IMG/VR virus record: IMGVR_UViG_3300030508_000019
Length of the DNA: 64,000 nucleotides
Strand: one strand, 5' to 3'
From: a virus
Every line of letters starts with the position of its first letter. Positions within the stretch are counted from its first letter, which is position 1. The translations under genes and the position numbers were made by a program. Positions 1 through 10,039 of the stretch are shown here, piece by piece. Below the pieces are notes generated by a model, which saw only the letters and a list, made by a program, of their open reading frames with translations, did no database searches and was not told where the DNA came from.

Positions 1-791
1 TGAGCGTCTAGCTGCTGTGCAACAAGCAGGTACTATCGTTCACACATTACATCAAGACAAAGATTCCACGAGGTTGCTATAATTGCTTACAAACTATTTC
101 GTCTACGCAAGGATGGCACCCTTGGCCCACTGTTTATTGGACAGCGTATCCGTGTACCTGTGGGCGAGTGGGTCAAAGCCAAGGCAATTCGCACCAGGGG
201 TTTCGTCTACAGGCCGGGGTGGCATTGTTGCCAGAAGCCTAATGCGCCGCATTTATCCATCAAAGGGCGCGTGTGGTGTAAGGTAACAATTCACAGATTC
301 GATGAGCATCAGAGGCCAAAAACACAAGGCGGACTATGGTATACAGCCAAATGGCTGCGTGTGGAATGTATCATCAACAAGGAAACCACCAAATGAAAAT
401 TCTTGATTTATTACTCCAACTAGAAGCGGCTGCTCCTCCGATTGTTCCCCATACCCATCATTGTTTAATGGTCACTAAGTATGGTTCTGATGAAATAGGA
501 TGGACAAACAAACTCACATTACAAATGAATGTAAATGGAAATTTTCAATCTTTTTTTATAGACGATAAAGATTTGGAAAAACCCGTTGAGGATGTTGTTG
601 CTGAGGTTATCGCTTTATTGAAAGCGCCGACACCCGATACTCAAATTTCATCTCAGGCTGGACTCGCACTAGAAACAGGTACCTGCTCCACCCCCGGACA
701 TTCGGGAGATAATCATATACACGAATATTCCTGTAGCGATTTCATCCCTGTCACACAATAATTAAGAATTAAGACTTTTCTTTTCTATATT

Positions 792-1427
792 ATGGGAAAA
801 TGGTTTGATGTTCTTCCAATGACTCAAGTTGACCATAGACTTTTTGTGGGGGGCACCGCTCCAGCTGCCGAACTCGCAAAGCAAAATCCAGCCAAAATAT
901 CCGCTGTTCTTTGTGTTCACCAAACAATGGATTATGAAAAAAACTCCAATATAATTTACATGCATGTACCGTTTGAAGATGGGGAACCTATTCCACCGCG
1001 CCAATTTATCAACGCTTTAGGCTGGCTCAAGTTTATGTATGAAAATGGGCATGTTATTTTGATCCATTGTGCCGCTGGTATCAGTAGGTCAGTGACTATA
1101 CTCGCTGCTTTTATGCACTATGAGGGAATATCCGATTTCAATACCGCGCTTGATTCAATTCGCATGAATCGACCTAGCATTGGTCCATCTCCAGCAGTTT
1201 TGGTGTCCGCAAAGAAGTTGTTGGGGGTATTTCCATACGATGGCAGTCTGCTTAAGACCCCAGGGCATGAAGTCATTGAACGGGTGCAAAATCAACGAAC
1301 AGCATACGCACATCCAGACCCTAATTGCCCCATGCGCGTATTTTTGCTTTCTCAGCAAGAAAACAACACCCCAAGGCACGAAATCGACTGTACTTGCGCA
1401 CTAAGCGGTGTGACTAGTTTGAAGTAG
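792..1427 (+). CDS. dual-specificity / tyrosine protein phosphatase
   Basis: Catalytic P-loop HCAAGISRSVT (HCx5R[ST]) in a 211-aa protein. Confidence 0.7.
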   Translation: MGKWFDVLPMTQVDHRLFVGGTAPAAELAKQNPAKISAVLCVHQTMDYEKNSNIIYMHVPFEDGEPIPPRQFINALGWLKFMYENGHVILIHCAAGISRSVTILAAFMHYEGISDFNTALDSIRMNRPSIGPSPAVLVSAKKLLGVFPYDGSLLKTPGHEVIERVQNQRTAYAHPDPNCPMRVFLLSQQENNTPRHEIDCTCALSGVTSLK

Positions 1428-1537
1428 TAGCAGTTAAAGAAAAATCTATCATTCCCGGTTCCGGTCGGCTGCATCAAATATAGCGGAAATAAATGGAAAT
1501 AACATTTTAAGCTAACAGTCTCTTAGATGGGGACTGT

Positions 1538-1885
1538 ATGGCTCAGACTTTGTATGTACTAACCACACTTATAGAAGAAACTACCCCATCAGAATGGAGA
1601 CCGGTGGGTATTGTTTCGAGTGAAGAAACCGCAAATCAATGGGCAGCACACGGTGGGAATAACGATTGGATTTCTTTTATTGTTGATGATTTGAGTTTGA
1701 CTGGACTTAGCGGAGAAAAAAGTCAATTTGAATCCAAGCCCCCCACGCCCGACGAAGAGAAAATCAGAGATATAGCGAATAAATTGATGGACACTAACGC
1801 ACGTTTATTGAAAATAAATGAAGCATTAGAAGCAAAATTGAAGGGAAGAAAAAAGACCTCTTCCCTTTGGAAGAAAAAGGAGTAG
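1538..1885 (+). CDS. hypothetical protein (coiled-coil C-terminus)
   Basis: Clean 115-aa ORF. SD 'ggggactgtATG' context. No recognisable motif. Confidence 0.4.
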   Translation: MAQTLYVLTTLIEETTPSEWRPVGIVSSEETANQWAAHGGNNDWISFIVDDLSLTGLSGEKSQFESKPPTPDEEKIRDIANKLMDTNARLLKINEALEAKLKGRKKTSSLWKKKE

Positions 1886-1894
1886 TATATAAGT

Positions 1895-2227
1895 ATGGCT
1901 GTTACACTTACACCAAAAGCTGTTACGAAAGTGAAAGAGATTATTGCTGGTTTGGATGACCCTAAACCTGTAGCTTTGCGCCTTAGTGTGATCGGGGGTG
2001 GCTGCTCTGGATTTCAATATTCCATGCAGTTCGAAAACGAAAAAGGCATGATGGATAAAGAATACGATTTTGATGGATTGAAACTTCTTGTGGATGGAAC
2101 ATCCGCAATGTACTTGGATGGTTGTGAAGTGGATTATTTGGAGACACTGGAGAGCAGTGGGTTCAAATTCAACAATCCCAGTGTGAGTCGAACCTGTGGT
2201 TGTGGTAGTTCTTTCGATGTAAAATAG
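1895..2227 (+). CDS. iscA: Fe-S cluster insertion protein, IscA/ErpA (HesB) family
   Basis: 110 aa. GGGCSGFQY...CGCGSSF C-terminal signature of the HesB/IscA family. Strong SD 'aaggag' upstream. Confidence 0.85.
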   Translation: MAVTLTPKAVTKVKEIIAGLDDPKPVALRLSVIGGGCSGFQYSMQFENEKGMMDKEYDFDGLKLLVDGTSAMYLDGCEVDYLETLESSGFKFNNPSVSRTCGCGSSFDVK

Positions 2228-2241
2228 TCGAAGGGGTAAAA

Positions 2242-2622
2242 ATGTACAGTGAAAAAGTAATTGATCATTATCTGCATCCCAGGAATGTCGGCTCCATGGA
2301 CAAAGCTAGCTCCGATGTGGGCACTGGTTTGGTCGGCGCACCCGAATGTGGCGACGTGATGAAGTTACAAATTAAAGTGAACAAAGAAACCAATGTCATC
2401 GAAGATGCAAAATTTAAGACCTTTGGCTGTGGTAGCGCTATCGCTTCATCATCTCTGGCTACAGAGTGGGTGAAAGGTCGTACGATTGATGAAGCCCTCA
2501 GTATTCAGAATATGGAGATTGTAAAAGAGCTGGCTTTACCTCCAGTAAAAATCCATTGCTCAGTGCTTGCGGAAGATGCAATTCGAGCAGCGGTTGCTGA
2601 TTGGAAAAAGAAACAAGTATGA
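2242..2622 (+). CDS. iscU: Fe-S cluster scaffold protein IscU/NifU-like
   Basis: GAPECGDVMKLQIKV...FGCGSAIASSS...LPPVKIHCSVLAEDAI: the three conserved Cys and the LPPVK/HCS motif of IscU. Confidence 0.85.
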   Translation: MYSEKVIDHYLHPRNVGSMDKASSDVGTGLVGAPECGDVMKLQIKVNKETNVIEDAKFKTFGCGSAIASSSLATEWVKGRTIDEALSIQNMEIVKELALPPVKIHCSVLAEDAIRAAVADWKKKQV

Positions 2623-2845
2623 AAAAATTTTTTAGGTATACCGACACCCAACGATCACTAGGTATTCAACGTCTGGTCAAGTACAGGAGAATTTTTGGTT
2701 TGGCGTCCTTACTGCTCTTCGTGGTAGCCGTGGTGTGCGTTGTCTTTCGTGTACCTTACGAACCGGCGATGGCCCTATTCACCTGCACGGTATGAAAAAA
2801 TTTTTTAGGTGGGAACCCTGTTGGTTTTCGTCATGAAGGTGAAAG

Positions 2846-3106
2846 ATGCCCAAAAAACGTAAACGTAAAGCCAGTCCCGCACCGAAACGCAGCGTTATTT
2901 CTCGTAAAAAACAACGCCTCCGCAGTCTTGAAGAACGTATTGGACAATTAGAGGTTCATATTCATAAAGAATGCCCTATTCCGTTTCTTTCTAATTTTGT
3001 TATTCAACGACTCTCAGATAAACTAATAAATTCTGCTATTGCGAAGCGTTTAGCATGGCTTCGAGCGAACAATGAAAAAGAACGCATGGGGCGCAGGAGA
3101 TATTAG
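2846..3106 (+). CDS. hypothetical basic protein
   Basis: 86 aa, Lys/Arg-rich N-terminus followed by a predicted helix. No motif. Confidence 0.35.
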   Translation: MPKKRKRKASPAPKRSVISRKKQRLRSLEERIGQLEVHIHKECPIPFLSNFVIQRLSDKLINSAIAKRLAWLRANNEKERMGRRRY

Positions 3107-3231
3107 ACTCACCGATCTCTATTGATTTATTTGGGAATTATACGCTTGACAATGGGAGGCGGCTGTGAGACAATAGGTAATTTGAAGCACGGGGTGGCTG
3201 CGTAACCTATTCGACACACCGGAGGCTCACA

Positions 3232-3417
3232 ATGAGACTTTTGTATTCCGCTTTTGCACTTGCGCTCGGACTCATTCTTTCTTACTTCCTCATAGTCGAA
3301 TCGGACATTGACTCTACGCCACTGTTCACGATCTTGTTGTTGATTGCTGTCATATGCGGTGCGTGTGGCCTCGCCTTCTTTTTCGATACTCTCGCGGATT
3401 GTTTAATTGTCAACTAG
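3232..3417 (+). CDS. small membrane protein
   Basis: 61 aa with two hydrophobic segments. SD 'ggaggct' upstream. Confidence 0.3.
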   Translation: MRLLYSAFALALGLILSYFLIVESDIDSTPLFTILLLIAVICGACGLAFFFDTLADCLIVN

Positions 3418-3453
3418 TATATTGCCATAGTTATTTTAAAAACGGAGGACAAA

Positions 3454-4341
3454 ATGAGTAAAGAGAAACAGATGCACAGCCTTATTAATATGGACTGTCG
3501 AGAGGGTCTCAAATCTTTGCCCGACGAAAGTGCTCATGTTGTTCTTACAGACCCCCCGTATGGGCTAGATGGTATGGGAGAAAACTGGTCTTCAGAAAAA
3601 CTATTTGCGAGGGAAAAAACCGCCAGTGCTAAAACCGCTTCGACTGGCGGGTTGCCCCCCGTGCAGAAGTTTGATCGAAAACAAATGGATGACCTGTATT
3701 CTTTTTTACTGCCTGTTTGGAAAGAAGCATATCGCATCCTATACCCCGGCGGGTTCTTACTTTCTTTTGGTAGTCCGCGGTTAATTGGTGCAATTTCATG
3801 GGCGGCACATGTGGCTGGTTTTGAGTTGCGAGACGAAGCCATCTGGGAGCACGAGGGCGGACAACCGAAAGCCCAACGCCATACTCGCTGGGTGCAGCAA
3901 ATGAAGATTTCTAGTGCAGAGAAAAGAAGGATAGTAGCTCTACTAGACGACCGAACTACTGTGCAGCTGCGTCCGAAATACGAACCATTTATTGTGGCGC
4001 AAAAACCGGCTAACGGTACGCAGGTACAAAATTTTGTTAAATATGGCGTCGGGCTGATTAAGTCTTATGATCTCGACGGTAAGTATCGAACACCGATTTT
4101 TCAACATCCCAAACCGCGAACGCGGGGAGAATTTGACCACATGACTATCAAACCACTGGAACTGATCGAGGATATTCTTGGTGTGTTTGCAGGACCACAC
4201 TCAGTTGTTGTGGACCCCTTCACCGGAAGTGGCACAACGGGAGTAGCCGCACTGCACTTAGGTCATAGTTTTATAGGTTTTGAAAAAGACTCGCAACACT
4301 GCGCTACAGCGTTGCAACGGTTGAAAGAAGCATATGAATAG
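3454..4341 (+). CDS. DNA methyltransferase (N6-adenine or N4-cytosine, beta class)
   Basis: Motif IV DPPYG near the N-terminus (VLTDPPYGLDG). Motif I FxGxG near the C-terminus (DPFTGSGTTGVAA). Confidence 0.85.
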   Translation: MSKEKQMHSLINMDCREGLKSLPDESAHVVLTDPPYGLDGMGENWSSEKLFAREKTASAKTASTGGLPPVQKFDRKQMDDLYSFLLPVWKEAYRILYPGGFLLSFGSPRLIGAISWAAHVAGFELRDEAIWEHEGGQPKAQRHTRWVQQMKISSAEKRRIVALLDDRTTVQLRPKYEPFIVAQKPANGTQVQNFVKYGVGLIKSYDLDGKYRTPIFQHPKPRTRGEFDHMTIKPLELIEDILGVFAGPHSVVVDPFTGSGTTGVAALHLGHSFIGFEKDSQHCATALQRLKEAYE

Positions 4342-5047
4342 TCTTTCACACGATGAGGTTGTAAAACGTTGCACCGACTCTCGGTTGCGAGGAGCATCTC
4401 ATGATGCCCAGACTATGGGAGTAGCCGCGTTTGTGAAATTACCCGACCCTCTGCTTAAAAAGAACGACAGAATAGAAAATTGGCGACTCATACAGATTCA
4501 AGTAGCTGTCGCAATTGCGTGTAAAAATCAACCCGTGAGCATAGCGGATTACACACACATCGCCAAAACATACAAACCCCAATCGCGCCAGCAGCAACCT
4601 TGGCATATGGCTGAAAGAGGGCTTCCTGTATACAAGGGCGGCGATACCCTCCCAAACGCCTTAGGCGTTGTGCCCGATGATTGCTATGTTTTTTATGTAG
4701 ATAATAACGGGGTTATGGGAGCACCCAATTCTTACGACAGACGAAAGACCAGAAGCCGCCGCCCGGACCCAAATTTCACCTTAGATGGTGGTTGCCAAAC
4801 TTGCGAAAATCCAAAAGCCACAGATCAAGGGCATCGAGATTACCGCAAGTCTCTGACCAATGAAAATAGTATTCGTCAGTGCCGCTCATGCAACCGCCCC
4901 GATAAAAATAATGTGATTTGGGGAGAAGGCAGCCGTCCGAGAGCCATTGGTTATTCCGCCAAAGGATTACAGCGGGTCGTTAAAAACTCTGACATTTCTG
5001 TCGAAAAGCGTGATAGAATACTTGAGATTCTCAAGGATATCGCATGA
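4334..5047 (+). CDS. hypothetical protein between the two methyltransferases
   Basis: 237 aa. Overlaps both flanking methyltransferase genes by a few nt, suggesting co-translation. Cys pairs CQTC…CRSCNR. No assignable fold. Confidence 0.4.
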   Translation: MNSLSHDEVVKRCTDSRLRGASHDAQTMGVAAFVKLPDPLLKKNDRIENWRLIQIQVAVAIACKNQPVSIADYTHIAKTYKPQSRQQQPWHMAERGLPVYKGGDTLPNALGVVPDDCYVFYVDNNGVMGAPNSYDRRKTRSRRPDPNFTLDGGCQTCENPKATDQGHRDYRKSLTNENSIRQCRSCNRPDKNNVIWGEGSRPRAIGYSAKGLQRVVKNSDISVEKRDRILEILKDIA

Positions 5048-5982
5048 TTTACGGCAGCGTGTGCAGCGGTATTGAGGCTGCAACCGTGGCGTGGGAGCCG
5101 CTCGGCTGGAAGCCTGCGTGGTTTTCCGAAATCGAACCCTTTCCGAATTCAGTATTAGAACAGCACTACCCAAAAATTCCAAACTTGGGAGACATGACAA
5201 AAATACATGAAACCAAAACTTTCCAAGAAAATAAAATCGACCTGCTCGTCGGGGGCACCCCGTGCCAATCCTTCTCTCAAGCAGGCCTACGACGAGCCTT
5301 TGATGATCCTCGGGGAGACCTTGCCCTCAAATTTATCCGAATTATCAGCCTTGCTAAACCTGAATGGTTCTTGTGGGAAAATGTCACCGGAGTTCTATCC
5401 AGTGACGGCGGTAAGTCATTCCAAGAGTTTATCTATCAAATTCAAAAACTCGGGTATGGGTTCGCCTACCGGGTGTTTGACGCTCAATACTTTGGAGTAC
5501 CCCAGAAACGCCGTCGAGTCTACCTTGTCGGACATCGCGGAGACTGGCGCACTGCCGCTCAAATATTATTTGAGTCGAAGAGCTTGCAAGGGGATATTGC
5601 GTCGAATGAAAACACGCAACAAAATCGTCCCGCAACTAGAGGCCGCGCTCAAGAAGGCAATCGGGTAATGGGGGCGGATGTCTACAACTATGCAATTACG
5701 GGAGACATTGCAGCGACTTTTGGGGCAAACTCAGGCGGCACGAATACCCATGGACCGAAATTCATCGACGAAAATGGTATCCGCAAACTTACACCCGTAG
5801 AGTGTGAACGCCTGATGGGGTTTCCCGACAACTACACCCGTGTCCCGCATAAAGGTAAAGTCAGTTCGGAGTGTCTTGACTCCTGGCGATATCATGCTTT
5901 GGGAAATAGCATGGTCATTCCAGCAATGCGCTGGATTGGCGAGCGGATAAAACTTGTGGGTGAAAGTATGCAGGCACTTTAA
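5044..5982 (+). CDS. DNA (cytosine-5)-methyltransferase
   Basis: Motif I SVCSGIEAA, motif IV GGTPCQSFSQAG (PCQ), motif VI FLWENV, and C-terminal LGNSMV. Confidence 0.85.
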   Translation: MIYGSVCSGIEAATVAWEPLGWKPAWFSEIEPFPNSVLEQHYPKIPNLGDMTKIHETKTFQENKIDLLVGGTPCQSFSQAGLRRAFDDPRGDLALKFIRIISLAKPEWFLWENVTGVLSSDGGKSFQEFIYQIQKLGYGFAYRVFDAQYFGVPQKRRRVYLVGHRGDWRTAAQILFESKSLQGDIASNENTQQNRPATRGRAQEGNRVMGADVYNYAITGDIAATFGANSGGTNTHGPKFIDENGIRKLTPVECERLMGFPDNYTRVPHKGKVSSECLDSWRYHALGNSMVIPAMRWIGERIKLVGESMQAL

Positions 5983-6082
5983 GGCCTAAAAATTTTTAAG
6001 TCACTACTTCCGTCGTTAAGGGGTTCAGAACCCCCGTAAGTAGAGCGCTACGAATGATTTACAAAGGAGGGTAGGGTCTGTA

Positions 6083-6112
6083 TTGACAAAAATTAAAAAC
6101 TATGAGTATCAT
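6083..6112 (+). promoter_or_regulatory. sigma70-like promoter (TTGACA-18-TATCAT)
   Basis: TTGACA at 6083-6088 and TATCAT at 6107-6112 in an intergenic region upstream of the 6185 ORF. Confidence 0.5.
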
Positions 6113-6184
6113 ATAACAGTAGTACAAATCTAGCAGAATTTCAAAAATGGGTCTTTATTCTGCGGGCCGTTTAAAAGGAGCAGT

Positions 6185-7012
6185 ATGTATAATAATCAAT
6201 TCGCTGCCTGTGTCAAAGTAGGCGGTAAAGTTCTTCGTGAAACCTCTGGTACAGTAAGTATCCCCTTCGGCGCTGAGTATAGCGTCCAACTCAAAAACCT
6301 TAAATCTGTTCGTATGCTGGTTAAAGTGTCTGTAGACGGTACTGATGCCACTGACGGTACTTGGTTGATCGTTAACCCCAATAGCAGCATAGAACTGGAG
6401 CGCTACATTCGCAACGGCAACTGGGATAAAGGAAATCGCTTCAAATTTATTGAGCGCACCGCAGAGATTGAACAATTTCGAGGCATTAAAGCCGATGATG
6501 GTTTGATCCGCATTGAGTACAAAGCCGAAATTGTTCCAGAACAAAGCGGGTTTGATAGGTTTTATGATGACTGGAATATTCCAGATATTCCAGATATTCC
6601 TAAATGTCCAAATCTTCCTAAAAGGCCATGGCGTAACATTCCTAAAAAACCATACCCATACTGGAAGGATCTTTATAAATCCAGTGGGACGATAATGCGT
6701 AGGGCTAAAATCACCGGACAAAGCATGAGTTTTGATTCACAAGATGTTCCAATAAGTGGACAAACCTTGAATGACACAGGAATCACTGTGCCTGGTAGCG
6801 AAAGCTCTCAAAAATTTGTTGCGGGTGAATATTTTCCAACCGAATCCCAAAGCAATGTGATCGTTATCAAGCTAAGAGGGGATGCTAAAGGAAAAAAAGT
6901 AGTTAAACCCATTACCGTAGAGCATAAACCTCAGTGTTCTACTTGCGGTAAAACTGGAAAACCTCAAGATAAGTTCTGTGCAAATTGCGGAACATCCTTG
7001 GTATTGATATAA
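6185..7012 (+). CDS. hypothetical protein with C-terminal zinc ribbon and IPDIPDIP low-complexity repeat
   Basis: 275 aa. Tandem 'attccagat' repeats at 6580-6600. C-terminal CSTCGK…CANCG. Confidence 0.45.
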   Translation: MYNNQFAACVKVGGKVLRETSGTVSIPFGAEYSVQLKNLKSVRMLVKVSVDGTDATDGTWLIVNPNSSIELERYIRNGNWDKGNRFKFIERTAEIEQFRGIKADDGLIRIEYKAEIVPEQSGFDRFYDDWNIPDIPDIPKCPNLPKRPWRNIPKKPYPYWKDLYKSSGTIMRRAKITGQSMSFDSQDVPISGQTLNDTGITVPGSESSQKFVAGEYFPTESQSNVIVIKLRGDAKGKKVVKPITVEHKPQCSTCGKTGKPQDKFCANCGTSLVLI

Positions 7013-7073
7013 TAACACTTGGAAAATCTCGATGTAGGTCTGGGAGTAAGTATTAAATAGGACACGGTAATGC

Positions 7074-7586
7074 GTGTCCTATTTTATGCCAGAAAAAAGA
7101 AAATATGTTGTTGGATTTTTATTTGACCCCACTCTATCCCTCGTTGTTTTGATTCGAAAATTACGCCCCGGTTTTCAGGCCGGTTTATTAAATGGCGTAG
7201 GTGGAAAAGTAGAACTAGGAGAAACTGGTTACCAAGCTATAAACAGAGAATTTTTTGAAGAAGCGGGTATTCCAGACCTACCCTGGAAACATTATCTCAC
7301 CTTAAACACCCCCAATTCCCATCTAGAATTTTTCAGCGCTATCGGCAATGTTCACAATGTTACAACTATACTTGATGAAGAAGTGGCCGTCTATGAAGTT
7401 CTAGATGTAATGGATCGTTGTGATACCATGCCAAATATTCGTTGGTGTATCCAGATGGCGAGAAGTTTATATTTTGGTGAACGAGCATCGGGGTTTGAAG
7501 TAACAGAAAACGCTCTTTCTGATCAACATCACGATCACGATCAAATGTCTTTTGATTTTGAAGCAAATGCAGTTGTGAAACCATGA
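7074..7586 (+). CDS. Nudix hydrolase
   Basis: Nudix box GGKVELGETGYQAINREFFEEAGI (Gx5Ex7REUxEExGU). Confidence 0.65.
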   Translation: MSYFMPEKRKYVVGFLFDPTLSLVVLIRKLRPGFQAGLLNGVGGKVELGETGYQAINREFFEEAGIPDLPWKHYLTLNTPNSHLEFFSAIGNVHNVTTILDEEVAVYEVLDVMDRCDTMPNIRWCIQMARSLYFGERASGFEVTENALSDQHHDHDQMSFDFEANAVVKP

Positions 7587-8605
7587 AAGTAGAATCCAAA
7601 CTTATTCTTACAAGTAAAAACCTACACACAGGTGTAAATTTATACACTTTTGTTCTTGTGTATCCTCGTTGCATTTTAGCCGAAGTTAACACGCACCGCA
7701 TGCTGAGTCGCAATACAGCATCATCTCGCGCTATACCCGCTCGTAAGCAACGGGAACGAGTGTTAACGGACCCCTTTGTGCCCCTTACCATCGGTCAAAA
7801 TAAAAAAGGAATGCAAGCAGGTGAAGAACTAGCTGGCTGGAGAAAATTTGTAGCCCTTCAAACCTGGAAGTTCGCTCGTTATCCAATGGTGGGGGCGTCA
7901 TGGATACTGGATAAAGTAGGAGCCCATAAACAAGTTGTGAATCGGATTGTAGAACCATGGACATTCACTCAACAAGTAGTAACTTGTACCGATCTGAAGA
8001 ACGTTTTCAAGCTGCGCAACCATCCCGATGCTGAGCCTCATTTTCATGAATTAGCTCGCCAAATGCAGGAACAAGTAGAGTATGTGAATCGTCTTTTTAA
8101 AATTCATGATCTTAACGCTAGGTGTAGAGGGGGTTATGAGAATGCCCCAGCATATCTAAACTCAGGGGTAAAGACCGGAAAATTGCAAGTATTACGCGCT
8201 ACAGGTAACGAAATAGGGGATATGGATTGGCATCTCCCATTCATTGATAACGAGGATGTTTATAAAGCGGTTTGTATTGAGCGAGAGGATAGAATAGCAG
8301 AAGAAAATCAAAGACATGGGCATATCCACAATCTCAAGCCAGTTCGAGGATTATATCTCATGGAAATCCTTAAGAAAATAAGTACCGCTAGATGCGCTAG
8401 AGTTAGTTATTTTCTACCTGAAAGCGGAGAAAGATCAGATATAAATCGTGATATTGAGTTGTGCGATCGTCTTAGCACCTCTGCACATTGGTCCCCCTTT
8501 GAACATATTGCTACGCCAATGGTATTAGATGAGTACAGTGGTAATTTTCGATCATGGAAACAATATCGAAAAGAATTTGAAGTAGAGGCAGGAGGGGATA
8601 GATAA
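7583..8605 (+). CDS. thyX: flavin-dependent thymidylate synthase ThyX-like (divergent)
   Basis: THRMLSRNTASSRA aligns to the ThyX motif RHRx7SxRY, with T for the first R and A for Y. Start overlaps the upstream Nudix gene stop by 4 nt, and dCMP deaminase follows immediately. Confidence 0.5.
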   Translation: MKVESKLILTSKNLHTGVNLYTFVLVYPRCILAEVNTHRMLSRNTASSRAIPARKQRERVLTDPFVPLTIGQNKKGMQAGEELAGWRKFVALQTWKFARYPMVGASWILDKVGAHKQVVNRIVEPWTFTQQVVTCTDLKNVFKLRNHPDAEPHFHELARQMQEQVEYVNRLFKIHDLNARCRGGYENAPAYLNSGVKTGKLQVLRATGNEIGDMDWHLPFIDNEDVYKAVCIEREDRIAEENQRHGHIHNLKPVRGLYLMEILKKISTARCARVSYFLPESGERSDINRDIELCDRLSTSAHWSPFEHIATPMVLDEYSGNFRSWKQYRKEFEVEAGGDR

Positions 8606-9099
8606 TGGAACCCAATGTAGATAATAAGTGGAATACTGATGATGAAGCGTTAAAAGACAACCAGAAAAAATGGGATTTGAGATTTCTAGAGATGGCGAAA
8701 CTAGTATCAACATGGAGTAAAGATACTAGCACAAAATGTGGGGCCGTAATTGTAAGAGAAAATAAATCAGTAGCATCCGTTGGATTTAACGGATTCCCAC
8801 AAAAAATGTCTGACGCGGATGAACTGTACAACAATCGAGAAGTGAAATATTCTAGGGTCATCCATGGTGAAGTAAACGCTCTACTTTTTGCTAATGAGCT
8901 GGTACAAGGTTGCACTTTATACACCACCGGCCCTTGTTGTGATAGGTGCGCTGTGCAGATGATACAGGCCGGTATAACCAGATTTGTTGCTTATACAGCC
9001 CCGGAAATGGAACAACGATGGGGAGAAGCTTTTAAACGCACATTTAGCTACTATGAAGAGGCTGGGGTAGACCATAAAGAATATTCTGTGGTAGAATAG
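8605..9099 (+). CDS. dCMP deaminase (cytidine/deoxycytidylate deaminase family)
   Basis: Zinc ligand motifs HGEVNAL (H[AC]E) and PCCDRCA (PCxxC). 164 aa. Confidence 0.8.
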   Translation: MEPNVDNKWNTDDEALKDNQKKWDLRFLEMAKLVSTWSKDTSTKCGAVIVRENKSVASVGFNGFPQKMSDADELYNNREVKYSRVIHGEVNALLFANELVQGCTLYTTGPCCDRCAVQMIQAGITRFVAYTAPEMEQRWGEAFKRTFSYYEEAGVDHKEYSVVE

Positions 9100-9103
9100 T
9101 TTA

Positions 9104-10033
9104 TTGAGGATTATGCCAACTAAACAAAGACCGTACAGAGTTGATTACTTCGACAAGCACGAGAGTCACATATACCCACCCAATATTAAATGGAACCAAG
9201 TTGATCATGATGCCAAGGCAGCGGTACTTGTTCATTCGGTAATCGTGTGGACCGGAACGGCTAAAGACGCGAAACTTCTTCTTAGTGTGCCTGGTCGTTT
9301 TATTATTAGGGCTTATCGTTTTTACAAAAAACTCTCAAAGAGAAAAGTATGGAAGCCTTATACCCCAGCGTTAGCTAAGATCAAAGAATGTGGTTCATTT
9401 GCAGAGAAGTTCGACGAACTGTTCGCCTCCGACAGCGCATCTGCTGCACCTTTAACTGTTCGAGGTTTGGGATACGGAGATCAGGTAGAGATGAAATTAT
9501 CTACCTTAGCGGATTGTCCAACTTGTCAAAGCACTGATAAAGATGTGCATCGTTGCACAGATGCTAGTTGCCTAGCAAGCCGAGAAGGAATATCAACTCA
9601 TGAATTCACAGCTTGTACAGATTCTTGGCATGTCACTAACCCAGAAGCGCCTAAGCTGAATGACCCGGTAGAGGCGGAACGAGATATTGAAGCTGCAACT
9701 CATTATTGCCCGGTATGTGGTAGCACCAGAAAAGAAGAACGCGGAGATATTCATTTTGTAAATGACGCCGGTAAATCTGAAATTGAATCATGCAAAAACC
9801 CTTGGCACGATAATGTATTTGATTGGACAGATATATCTAAGTCTAAAATAGAAGATCTGTCTGACCCTCTGGAAAAGCAGGCATCGGATCAACCTCCCTG
9901 TAATCAACCAAGTTTCCAACTCGCAGATGAAGGACAACAGCCCCGTGATCTCGGTCAAGTATTGGCTTGGGCTGCCATATTTAGTGGAGCTATAGTTATA
10001 GCCGCCACATTGATATACACCGCCACTCGTTGA
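9104..10033 (+). CDS. hypothetical Cys-rich protein with C-terminal transmembrane anchor
   Basis: 309 aa. Several CxxC pairs (CPTCQ, CPVCGS). Hydrophobic C-terminus VLAWAAIFSGAIVIAATLIY. Confidence 0.45.
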   Translation: MRIMPTKQRPYRVDYFDKHESHIYPPNIKWNQVDHDAKAAVLVHSVIVWTGTAKDAKLLLSVPGRFIIRAYRFYKKLSKRKVWKPYTPALAKIKECGSFAEKFDELFASDSASAAPLTVRGLGYGDQVEMKLSTLADCPTCQSTDKDVHRCTDASCLASREGISTHEFTACTDSWHVTNPEAPKLNDPVEAERDIEAATHYCPVCGSTRKEERGDIHFVNDAGKSEIESCKNPWHDNVFDWTDISKSKIEDLSDPLEKQASDQPPCNQPSFQLADEGQQPRDLGQVLAWAAIFSGAIVIAATLIYTATR

Positions 10034-10039
10034 TAAGCG

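Noticed and set aside
6580-6610. Short tandem 'attccagat' repeat as a possible regulatory or CRISPR-like element
   Set aside because: Only 2.5 units, and it lies inside a coding region, encoding the IPDIPDIP low-complexity segment.
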